Below, piece after piece: positions 38,003 through 45,549 of a stretch of 64,000 bases of DNA. The stretch spans positions 9,457 to 73,456 of the forward strand of contig CAYSIB010000001.1 of the NCBI GenBank assembly GCA_964431025.1. Direction: 5' to 3'. The stretch is from an uncultured Candidatus Saccharibacteria bacterium (GTDB taxonomy: Bacteria > Patescibacteriota > Saccharimonadia > Saccharimonadales > Saccharimonadaceae). The notes beneath the pieces were generated by a model. The model saw only the letters and a list, made by a program, of their open reading frames with translations. It did no database searches and was not told where the DNA came from. Each line of letters opens with the position of its first letter. Position 1 is the first letter of the stretch. The position numbers and the translations under genes are program-made.

Positions 38003-38680
38003 ATGTACAAAGAGTTCAAATCCGAGCTTGTTTCCCTTGCCGACGACGAGTATCGTGACTTTTCCATGCGCGGCATTCCCTGTGACCGCCCTTTCATTGG
38101 TGTTCGCATCCCATTAATTAGGAAATTAACGAATAAAATCCCTGCTTCCGTCTTTCCTGAATTCCTTAGCGCAAAACCAATTGCTATAGAAGAAGTCATC
38201 GCCCGGGGTTTTATTATCGCACGCCTCCCGTATGAAGAAATGCTAAAATATTTTGATTCCCAAATACAATTCCTAGATAACTGGTGCACCGTTGACGTCT
38301 TTTGCTCCGCACTAAGAAAGCCCGTGAAAGGCCACGAAGAAGGCTTTCTTCCAAAAATCGAAGAACTTCTCCAATCTAAAGACGAATTTTCCGTTCGTGC
38401 TGGACTCGTGCTTTTGTTGGACTTGTATGTTAAACCAGAATATTTGCAGCTGGTTTTTGATCGCATCGAATCCTTACGCAATCGTGATGAATATTATGTC
38501 AAAATGGCGCTCGCCTGGCTCCTCGCCGAATGTTTTATCAAATATCCAGACATTACATACGACTATCTAAACAGTTCCAAACTCGGAAAATGGACTTTCA
38601 ATAAAGCCATCTCCAAGATTTGCGATTCTTATCGCGTCACTCCCGAGGTCAAATCCGAACTCAAACTCCTCCGCAAGTAA
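38003..38680 (+). CDS. DNA alkylation repair protein (AlkD-like HEAT repeat)
   Basis: IGVRIP, LDNWCTVD, EFSVR, YYVKMALAWLLAE. Confidence 0.88.
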   Translation: MYKEFKSELVSLADDEYRDFSMRGIPCDRPFIGVRIPLIRKLTNKIPASVFPEFLSAKPIAIEEVIARGFIIARLPYEEMLKYFDSQIQFLDNWCTVDVFCSALRKPVKGHEEGFLPKIEELLQSKDEFSVRAGLVLLLDLYVKPEYLQLVFDRIESLRNRDEYYVKMALAWLLAECFIKYPDITYDYLNSSKLGKWTFNKAISKICDSYRVTPEVKSELKLLRK

Positions 38681-38687
38681 TTCTCTT

Positions 38688-38984
38688 GAGCTACTTCTCT
38701 TCCGCGAAGCCTATCATTTTATTGAGAGTGGAAAAGGAAATATCTATGGGACCACCGGCCTTAGTACTATTCTAAATGAATTCCCTCTCGACATGGTCTA
38801 CGCAGGCAACATCTATTTTGGTGATGGTACGAGATATGATAACGAAACTGGCGGCGTAAACTGGTCACAATATGCTCTGCCCGACAATCAAGCATCTGCG
38901 GTCAACTTCAGCGACGTCTACGTTGGCCCCAATCACGGCAATCAAAGAAGATATGGCTTCTCCGTCCGCTGTGTAGCGAAATAA
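38688..38984 (+). pseudogene. Silent FISUMP-like C-terminal cassette C1
   Basis: ELLLFREAYHFIESG...FPLDMVYAG...NWSQ...RRYGFSVRCVAK*; no N-terminal part or own promoter. Confidence 0.8.
38696..38735 (+). repeat. 40-bp cassette-start repeat R1
   Basis: tctcttccgcgaagcctatcattttattgagagtggaaaa; copies at 39265, 40151, 41008. Confidence 0.95.
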
Positions 38985-39251
38985 CTCGGCGGCTCCGGAG
39001 AGAACCGCACCGATACTACTCAAAGGAATAAGTTCATTAATTCACCATATAACTTCCCCTACTCCGGGTTCTACAATTACGGAGGCGGGGTCGGCGGTCA
39101 GGGCTCGGACGGGCACTGGTGGTCTCGTAGTGCCACAACTCAGGCCGGCCAAGCCTACCACTTCGACCTGGATACCAATGGCCGCGTGTACCCGCAGAAC
39201 AACTACTCTAGCGTTGGGTACGGGTTCGCAGTCCGCTGCATGGCTGAGTAG
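38985..39251 (+). pseudogene. Silent FISUMP-like C-terminal cassette C2
   Basis: Starts right after C1 stop; SPYNFPYSG...WWSRS...AYHF...GYGFAVRCMAE*; no start codon. Confidence 0.85.
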
Positions 39252-39264
39252 CTATTGGCTATAT

Positions 39265-39304
39265 TCTCTTCCGCGAAGCCTATCATTTTATTGAAAGTGG
39301 AGAA
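39265..39304 (+). repeat. 40-bp cassette-start repeat R2
   Basis: One mismatch to consensus (gaaagt). Confidence 0.95.
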
Positions 39305-39541
39305 ACGACTGCTGGCACAAATTCTGGTGGCCCAGCAGCTAGCGCAGCCATCAAACAATACCCATTCTCCTATACGTATTCTGGACGCGTCATTGGCGGT
39401 AACATTCAATACATTGGTGAATATGGATTTCTATGGACAATCAGAACCGAAACGGATACTGATGCAAATACGCTTAGATTCTACGAGCCAGTCGTATCGG
39501 TAACAAATTCCTTCAATAGAAGACAAGGTTTTCCCGTCCGC
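39266..39541 (+). pseudogene. Silent FISUMP-like C-terminal cassette C3 (ends at GFPVR)
   Basis: LFREAYHFIESGE...YPFSYTYSG...LWT...RRQGFPVR, then runs into the fic stop codon. Confidence 0.78.
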
Positions 39542-40101
39542 TACAAATTATGCACGTCGTATTCAGATTGCTCTTCGTATTCGTAAGAAGATTGTATCCC
39601 CTTCATATACACTTCACGATCATTGATATCGGAAGTCAATGCAGACTCGAGCAGAGTCTTTATTTCCAAATCATTTATCGGCGAACGCTCCATCGCAGAA
39701 AGATATTCTTCCTTCCCTATCTTTGACCAATCTACACATTTTCCAAGTCTCTTCTTCAAAATCTGATCTAGCCAAATTCTCGTTGCCCGACCATTTCCTT
39801 CACGGAACGGATGTGCCACGTTCATTTCTACATATTTTTTTACAATTTCATCAAAAGTATTTTCCGGAAGATTATCGATGGTTTTTAAAGTATCTTCAAG
39901 ATAAATTGCCGGCGCAAACCGAAAATTCCCCTTAGAGAGATCCACGTCACGAATCTTCCCTGCAAAGTCAAAAACGTCCTGGAATAAATAACGATGTATC
40001 TGTTTTAGCCCCTCAGTCGTACCGACCTCAAACTCGTCGATTTTTCCAGTATCATATAATTCAATAGCTCGTTTTTTACTAGCTAATTCTTCATTCTGCA
40101 T
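39541..40101 (-). CDS. fic: Class III-type Fic protein adenylyltransferase
   Basis: HPFREGNGRATR, C-terminal GIQSSYEYEE; tggtataat-N6-ATG at 40101. Confidence 0.92.
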   Translation of the reverse strand: MQNEELASKKRAIELYDTGKIDEFEVGTTEGLKQIHRYLFQDVFDFAGKIRDVDLSKGNFRFAPAIYLEDTLKTIDNLPENTFDEIVKKYVEMNVAHPFREGNGRATRIWLDQILKKRLGKCVDWSKIGKEEYLSAMERSPINDLEIKTLLESALTSDINDREVYMKGIQSSYEYEEQSEYDVHNL

Positions 40102-40150
40102 ACTACTATTATACCATGAAAACCGCACCTCTTTAAGCTCTTAAGCTACT

Positions 40151-40190
40151 TCTCTTCCGCGAAGCCTATCATTTTATTGAGAGTGGAGAA
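40151..40190 (+). repeat. 40-bp cassette-start repeat R3
   Basis: Consensus copy. Confidence 0.95.
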
Positions 40191-40448
40191 ACAAGTACGT
40201 GGTCTGAAGGACCGAGCATTAGCATCACCCTTTTCCCTTTCTCGCAAACTTATGCAGGTGGCATAGGAGACAATGGAACTGGCGGTGGATTAGATGACGG
40301 AACAGATCTAGAATATGGACTATACCACACGATGAGAGCACTATCATCCGATCATGCAAACTACTTCGATTCTCATCAAGGAAGTTATATTATACCTCAA
40401 AACAACGGGCCAAGAAAATGGGGTATGCCCGTCCCGCTTTACAAATAA
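40152..40448 (+). pseudogene. Silent FISUMP-like C-terminal cassette C4 (3' end altered)
   Basis: LFREAYHFIESGE...FPFSQTYAG...PQNNGPRKWGMPV-PLYK*. Confidence 0.72.
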
Positions 40449-40472
40449 ACATAAGTGTGATAGCATAAGAAC

Positions 40473-40543
40473 ATAAAGGAAGTGGCCCAGAATTCCACTT
40501 CCGAATGTTAGGTTTAGCTCGTCGCTTTAGCGGCGGGCTTTTT
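40473..40543 (+). ncRNA. Putative antisense sRNA (type I antitoxin-like)
   Basis: TGa-TAGCAT -10 at 40458-40466, hairpin ggaagtgg/ccacttcc, terminator agctcgtcgc/gcggcgggct+T5 whose G-U pairs favour the + strand. Confidence 0.45.
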
Positions 40544-40595
40544 TGAGAACAAACGATACATTGTATTTTCCAATATGTATTGTGATTCCAAGCAT
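40527..40595 (-). CDS. 22-aa small peptide MLGITIHIGKYKCIVCSQKARR (type I toxin-like candidate)
   Basis: SD aaaggag upstream; stop sits in the loop region of the opposite-strand terminator. Confidence 0.45.
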   Translation of the reverse strand: MLGITIHIGKYNVSFVLKKARR

Positions 40596-40748
40596 ACGTC
40601 CCACTCCTTTCCCAAAAATGCCGGCGGGTTTATCTGGTTCACCTACCTCGCAGTTAGCATTTCTGTAACTTACGCTGTAGCCAAAACCCCACACCCAGTT
40701 TTACTGTCTCAAATTATTCCGCTAATTGCAAGCGCTAGCATAATGATT

Positions 40749-40994
40749 AACCGCACCAATGCTGCTCAAAGGGATAAGTTCATTAGTTCACCATATAACT
40801 TCCCCTACTCCGGGTACTACGATTACGGAAGCGGGGTCAACAATCAGGGCTCGGACGGGTACTGGTGGTCTAGAAGCAGCTTCACTGCGGCCGGCCAAGC
40901 CTACAACTTCCGCCCGTATACCGATGGCCGCGTGAACCCGCAGAACAACAATGACGTTGGGTACGGGTTCGCGGTCCGCTGCGTAGTTGAGTAG
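40749..40994 (+). pseudogene. Silent FISUMP-like C-terminal cassette C5 (paralog of C2)
   Basis: NRT..QRDKFISSPYNFPYSG...WWSRS...GYGFAVRCVVE*; about 85% nt identical to C2. Confidence 0.85.
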
Positions 40995-41007
40995 CTATTG
41001 AGCTTTA

Positions 41008-41047
41008 TCTCTTCCGCGAAGCCTATCATTTTATTGAGAGTGGAGAA
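41008..41047 (+). repeat. 40-bp cassette-start repeat R4
   Basis: Consensus copy. Confidence 0.95.
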
Positions 41048-41314
41048 ACCAGCACAGTAGAAATGACGATAATTGAAACTGCACTCTCATATCCAACAGA
41101 ACTCCAATACTCTGGATATACAGACGGATCAAGGGGGACAATTGGTGGCAGAGATTCGGGTGGCTGGTTTTGGGTGCCACGGGCCATAAGCAGCATTGCC
41201 GCAAACGGATTAGATATCAGAGCAGCCGGGTTCAACCCGCAGACATTCACAAGTAAGAAAACGGGATATGACGTCCGCTGTGTAGCCAAGGCGTACCTAG
41301 ATTGGCAAGTTTAA
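41009..41314 (+). pseudogene. Silent FISUMP-like C-terminal cassette C6
   Basis: LFREAYHFIESGE...YPTELQYSG...WFW...KKTGYDVRCVAK. Confidence 0.78.
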
Positions 41315-41466
41315 TTCTATTTCTCAAGTCCATAAAGGCGGATTTCACCTTAGAAGAATGAGGAGCAAACACCTAACGAGCACGATTTAGACCGGCGCAG
41401 TTAGGGTTTGCGAGTCATTCGGATAAGGCTGAAACCAAGAGGACTTGAAAATAGAATTAAGCTTGC
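41304..41466. repeat. Rod-like palindromic element copy 2 (117-bp core 41328-41444)
   Basis: Identical core, different roughly 25-bp inverted arms. Confidence 0.9.
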
Positions 41467-41492
41467 TAACCACAAGCACAAATTAGCCTCTA

Positions 41493-42029
41493 CTACTTGT
41501 AATACCCCTTCCCTTTCACCCTCACATCCACATACTGCGGATGAAGGTCGTTCTCAGTCAAATACTTCAGCATTGTCTTCGTATCCTCTGCGCTCACCGC
41601 CGTACCCCTATCTACGCTCAACTTAAAATACGTCTCATTCCCATCTAGGTAAATATCGATTTCTCGAGTTTTCCCTGCCGGCACCACCGCTCTATTAAGT
41701 GACAATCCAATGTCAGAAAGATCGATCTCCAGCTGCCCCACATACTCCTTAATTTTACTAGTGATTCCCTGCCCTGATTCGTCAATAATTTCCACTGTCG
41801 GCTGAGGAATGTATTTTGACATCTCAATCTTTTTACGATTCGTCATCCAAGTTGTCACTTCCATCACGATGATGATAGCGATAATCGCAAGAATCGCCAC
41901 TAGTGCCAGCACCTTAAAAATCTTCTTGTTTTTCTCTTTTTTCCTAGCAGCCAGACGCTCCGATTCAGACTCTTGCCTCTCCCATTCCTGGGCAATCGTC
42001 CGCCCGACTCTTACATCATTCTTTCTCAT
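41493..42029 (-). CDS. Bitopic membrane protein, FtsQ/DivIB-like C-terminal domain
   Basis: Follows murG, single TM, ends YVDVRVKGKGYYK. Confidence 0.6.
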   Translation of the reverse strand: MRKNDVRVGRTIAQEWERQESESERLAARKKEKNKKIFKVLALVAILAIIAIIIVMEVTTWMTNRKKIEMSKYIPQPTVEIIDESGQGITSKIKEYVGQLEIDLSDIGLSLNRAVVPAGKTREIDIYLDGNETYFKLSVDRGTAVSAEDTKTMLKYLTENDLHPQYVDVRVKGKGYYK

Positions 42030-43278
42030 CCAGACCACCCGTATCATTCGCTAATTTTATCAAAATATCCGCAAGATCTTTTGCTGCCTTTGGCTTATAC
42101 GTCTCATGCAATTTCGCCGCTAAATCTTTTCTAACTTTTGGACTTCTTACCAGTCTTTGTACTTCTTCTAGCAAAATCCCAGGTTGGTTAACCATGCGCC
42201 CATCTTTCACCATCACTACCGCCCCAAGACTCAGCAGCCTCTCTGCATTTTTTACTTGGTGACTACCAGGAAGTTGTTCAAACGGCACTAGTATTACCGC
42301 TTTTGCGAGCGCTGCCAACTCTGCAATTGTGGTTGCTCCGGCACGAGAAACTACTACGTCCGCCGCACCCATCAGCTCATTCATCGCCGAGTTAAACGCC
42401 CACATTCTAAAATTAGACTTGAGCTTAGCTTTATCCCAATCTTCATATTTTTTAAGGTCAACCATCTCTTCATAACGGCTGCGTCCAGCTACCAGCCCCA
42501 CACTAGTAAACTTCAACATCTCTGGCAAAATTTCACGCACCGCTTCATTAATGTGCTGCGCGCCCTGGCTTCCGCCCGTGATCACTACTAGTGGTTTTTC
42601 TTCATCAAACCCAAACGCTTTTTTAAGCTGCTTCTGCTTAGTCTCACTAACCCTCTTAAACTCCGGCGCCACCGGCACCCCAGTAAGCACCACTTTTGGA
42701 TCAGGCTCTACTCCGTCAATTTCTTCCACCGGCAAACTTGTTGCCACTTTTGTCGCGTGCTTCACTAGAAGCCTATTCGCTAACCCCGGCGTCGCATCAC
42801 TCTCATGAATCACATACGGAATCTTATAAAATCTCGCCACAATCCCCACCGGCAAGCCCACAAATCCCCCTTTCAAGAAAATCACATCTGGGCGATTCTT
42901 TTTTAGAAGCATCCGGAAGAAGCTTTGGAATATCCCACCCATAAATCCAATCAATCCGCCAATATTTCCAAATATTAAATCTTTTAGCGTAGTGTCCCAG
43001 TTTTTAAAATAATCCGCCAAACTCCATCCAGCATAGCGTCTAAATTTTCCCGCCGCAACTTTTCTTACCTGAATATACTGTCTTTTTCCCGAAACACGCG
43101 ACTCTTCACCCCATGCCACCCCTATTTCTGTTGTAATTTTTACAACATTTTTGTAATATTTCTTATCAGTCCAGAATTCTACTCTGGCTCTCGGTTTTTC
43201 TTCTAAAATCTCACGGACGACCGCGACGGCTGGCGTAATGTGTCCCCCCGAGCCCCCGCCTACTACTAATACTTTCAT
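42016..43278 (-). CDS. murG: UDP-GlcNAc:lipid I GlcNAc transferase
   Basis: GGGSGGHITP, KGGFVG, HESD, TGGSQGA, SRAGATT. Confidence 0.95.
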   Translation of the reverse strand: MKVLVVGGGSGGHITPAVAVVREILEEKPRARVEFWTDKKYYKNVVKITTEIGVAWGEESRVSGKRQYIQVRKVAAGKFRRYAGWSLADYFKNWDTTLKDLIFGNIGGLIGFMGGIFQSFFRMLLKKNRPDVIFLKGGFVGLPVGIVARFYKIPYVIHESDATPGLANRLLVKHATKVATSLPVEEIDGVEPDPKVVLTGVPVAPEFKRVSETKQKQLKKAFGFDEEKPLVVITGGSQGAQHINEAVREILPEMLKFTSVGLVAGRSRYEEMVDLKKYEDWDKAKLKSNFRMWAFNSAMNELMGAADVVVSRAGATTIAELAALAKAVILVPFEQLPGSHQVKNAERLLSLGAVVMVKDGRMVNQPGILLEEVQRLVRSPKVRKDLAAKLHETYKPKAAKDLADILIKLANDTGGLDEKE

Positions 43279-44410
43279 TTTTTACCTCCCTTCCAGTATA
43301 ACACGAAAGTTGACAAACCAATCCAAGTGAGAAAGCGATAAATATCATACTCGTACCACCATAAGAAAGCAGTGGCAAAGTGATACCCGTCAACGGCACC
43401 AATCCCGTCATCGCCGCGATATTTACCACCACTTGCGCCGCAATCCAGGCAAACACTCCTACTACCACTAAACTTTCTTCCGTACTACTCTTAGTCGCGA
43501 CTTTCAAGATTCGCATTAGCAAGAAAGTAAACGCAATCACTACCGCAGAAAGCCCCACAAAACCAAATGTCTCGCCCATCACCGCAAAGACCGAGTCGTT
43601 AATTGACTCCGGCAGGTATCCCGTCGCCTGCACGCTATTCCCTATTCCAACCCCCAAGAGTCCACCCGTACCAATCGCCATTTTAGCATTGTCGATATGA
43701 TAAGTTTCATCCGAACTTCCGCTTCCAGAAAAGGTCGTCATACGCTCCAAGCGATGCGGAGAACTCACGATCGCCACCACTCCACCAACCAGTGCGAGCG
43801 CCACAATTACCGCAAACACGCTTATTTTTATTCCGCCCATATACATGATCGCAAGCACTATTGCTAGCACTGCTAGACCCGTACCCAGATCCTTCTGCAA
43901 AATCACTACAAAGAACAGTGCTAGAAGCGCCACAATCGCGTATGGCTGCAAATAATCACGCGACTCTAGCTTTCCTTCTTTCTTCCACTTCGCCGTCAGT
44001 TGTGCAAGATATAGCACTAACCCCAGCTTCAAAAATTCTGCCGGCTGAAAACTTACCGCCCCAAGGTTAAACCACCTACATCCACCTAACTCACACTTCG
44101 CAAGCGAACTCCCAATCAATGAAAGCAATGCTAACGCCGCGCAAAGCCCCAGCCCCACAAATACCAAAATCTTCGAATAAGTTTTCAGCTTTTCAAATGG
44201 AAATTTAAACGCTACGATAAACGCCGCTACAGATAATCCTACCGACAAAAGCTGATGCAAGAAAAAATAATTCGAACTATAATCTGTTCCGTACGCCGAA
44301 TTCATAAAATTAGCCCTTTGCGGCCCAATCGCATAAATCACCACCAGCCCCACAGCCAGTAGCACAAAGGTAATAATTGCAATCAATCGATCACTCTTAT
44401 GCTTTCTCAT
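43211..44410 (-). CDS. ftsW: SEDS peptidoglycan glycosyltransferase
   Basis: FQPAEFLK, QKDLGT, LPESINDSVF, LPLLSYGG; dcw context. Confidence 0.9.
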   Translation of the reverse strand: MRKHKSDRLIAIITFVLLAVGLVVIYAIGPQRANFMNSAYGTDYSSNYFFLHQLLSVGLSVAAFIVAFKFPFEKLKTYSKILVFVGLGLCAALALLSLIGSSLAKCELGGCRWFNLGAVSFQPAEFLKLGLVLYLAQLTAKWKKEGKLESRDYLQPYAIVALLALFFVVILQKDLGTGLAVLAIVLAIMYMGGIKISVFAVIVALALVGGVVAIVSSPHRLERMTTFSGSGSSDETYHIDNAKMAIGTGGLLGVGIGNSVQATGYLPESINDSVFAVMGETFGFVGLSAVVIAFTFLLMRILKVATKSSTEESLVVVGVFAWIAAQVVVNIAAMTGLVPLTGITLPLLSYGGTSMIFIAFSLGLVCQLSCYTGREVKNESISSRRGLGGTHYASRRGRP

Positions 44411-44512
44411 ACATTTATTATATCATGAGAAAGTCAGGACATGCGCCTGACTTTCTCATCACACTAGGTTCTTTTCGTTGGGACATTTCTTCCAAGAAAA
44501 GTCCCATTTGCG

Positions 44513-45547
44513 CTAAGCGATACCGCTTGCTGCCGCGATGAATACGCCGATAAGCGCTAGCACCCCCGCAATCACCCAAAACCGCATCACAATCTTTGCT
44601 TCTCCCCAACCCTTTGCTTCCAGATGATGATGAATCGGTGCAGAAATAAACAATTTATGCTTAAACACCTTCTTCCAAATAATCTGAAGTAGTGACGAGC
44701 CAGCCTCTACTACTAGAAGTCCACCGATAATCGGTAGTAGGAAGAACGAGTCCGTCATCATTGCTACTACACCCAGCCCCGCGCCTAGCGCAAACGAGCC
44801 AACATCGCCCATCATAAATCTGGCTGGCGGCACGTTGAACCAAACATAGGATAGTAACCAGCCCACTACCGTGAGACAGAATCCAAACAACATCCAGTTT
44901 CCCTGGAAAAGTGCAATAATTCCAAACGCCCCATAGGCTATCATTGAAAGACCACCTGCGAGTCCGTCCAGTCCATCAGAAATATTCACCGCATTAGATG
45001 TTGCCACTACTGCAAAAGCAAATACTGCCGTCATCAGCCACCAAGGTAGTTGCCACACTCCTAGAAACGGCACATGAATTGCGCTCCAGCCTAGCTTCAC
45101 CGAGAAGAACCAACCAAGTGCCAACCCCACTGCCGTAATCATCGCAAATTTCACTGGCGCCCTTAGGCCTGCTGCGCCATGCCCATCACCAAAGACGTTG
45201 ATGAGGTCATCAATTAGTCCTACTAGACTACCGCCAAGAAAACCAAACAGTGGTAACCAGGTCTGTCCTCTGTCCCAGTTGCACGCAATCGTCACAATTG
45301 CTACCGTCGCTACACCAATCACTCCAGCCATCGTCGGGAAATGTCTACCATTCGCAAACTTGTGCGCGTGAAGCTTCGTCATTACTGGCAAAGCCTTACC
45401 ATCTACTGCAGTCTTCTTTTGCTTTTTCCAAAACTTATATTTGTATGCAAAATGCGTATAAATCGGCGTGAGGAACATCGCTAATAGAAATGAACCTAGC
45501 GAGAGTAATAGTCCATAAAACATTTCGCTACTAATTTGAAAATGCAT
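44513..45547 (-). CDS. mraY: Phospho-MurNAc-pentapeptide transferase
   Basis: PTMAG, GLIDD, NAVNISDGLDGL, FMMGDVG, APIHHH. Confidence 0.95.
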   Translation of the reverse strand: MHFQISSEMFYGLLLSLGSFLLAMFLTPIYTHFAYKYKFWKKQKKTAVDGKALPVMTKLHAHKFANGRHFPTMAGVIGVATVAIVTIACNWDRGQTWLPLFGFLGGSLVGLIDDLINVFGDGHGAAGLRAPVKFAMITAVGLALGWFFSVKLGWSAIHVPFLGVWQLPWWLMTAVFAFAVVATSNAVNISDGLDGLAGGLSMIAYGAFGIIALFQGNWMLFGFCLTVVGWLLSYVWFNVPPARFMMGDVGSFALGAGLGVVAMMTDSFFLLPIIGGLLVVEAGSSLLQIIWKKVFKHKLFISAPIHHHLEAKGWGEAKIVMRFWVIAGVLALIGVFIAAASGIA

Positions 45548-45549
45548 TT

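Noticed and set aside
40575-40748. N-terminal part of the 139-aa ORF 40575-40994 as a real gene
   Set aside because: Homology to C2 begins only at 40749; the upstream frame overlaps the opposite-strand peptide unit and lacks a clear start signal.
38985-40994. Complete DGR locus
   Set aside because: No reverse transcriptase or avd-like gene; mismatches are not confined to adenines of one copy, so neither is a template repeat.
38696-41047. Four 40-bp direct repeats as a CRISPR array
   Set aside because: Repeat starts are 569, 886 and 857 bp apart, the intervals are coding fragments, the repeat is read in frame, and there are no cas genes.
38688-41314. Classical invertible shufflon
   Set aside because: All repeats and cassettes are in direct orientation and no tyrosine or serine recombinase is in the window.
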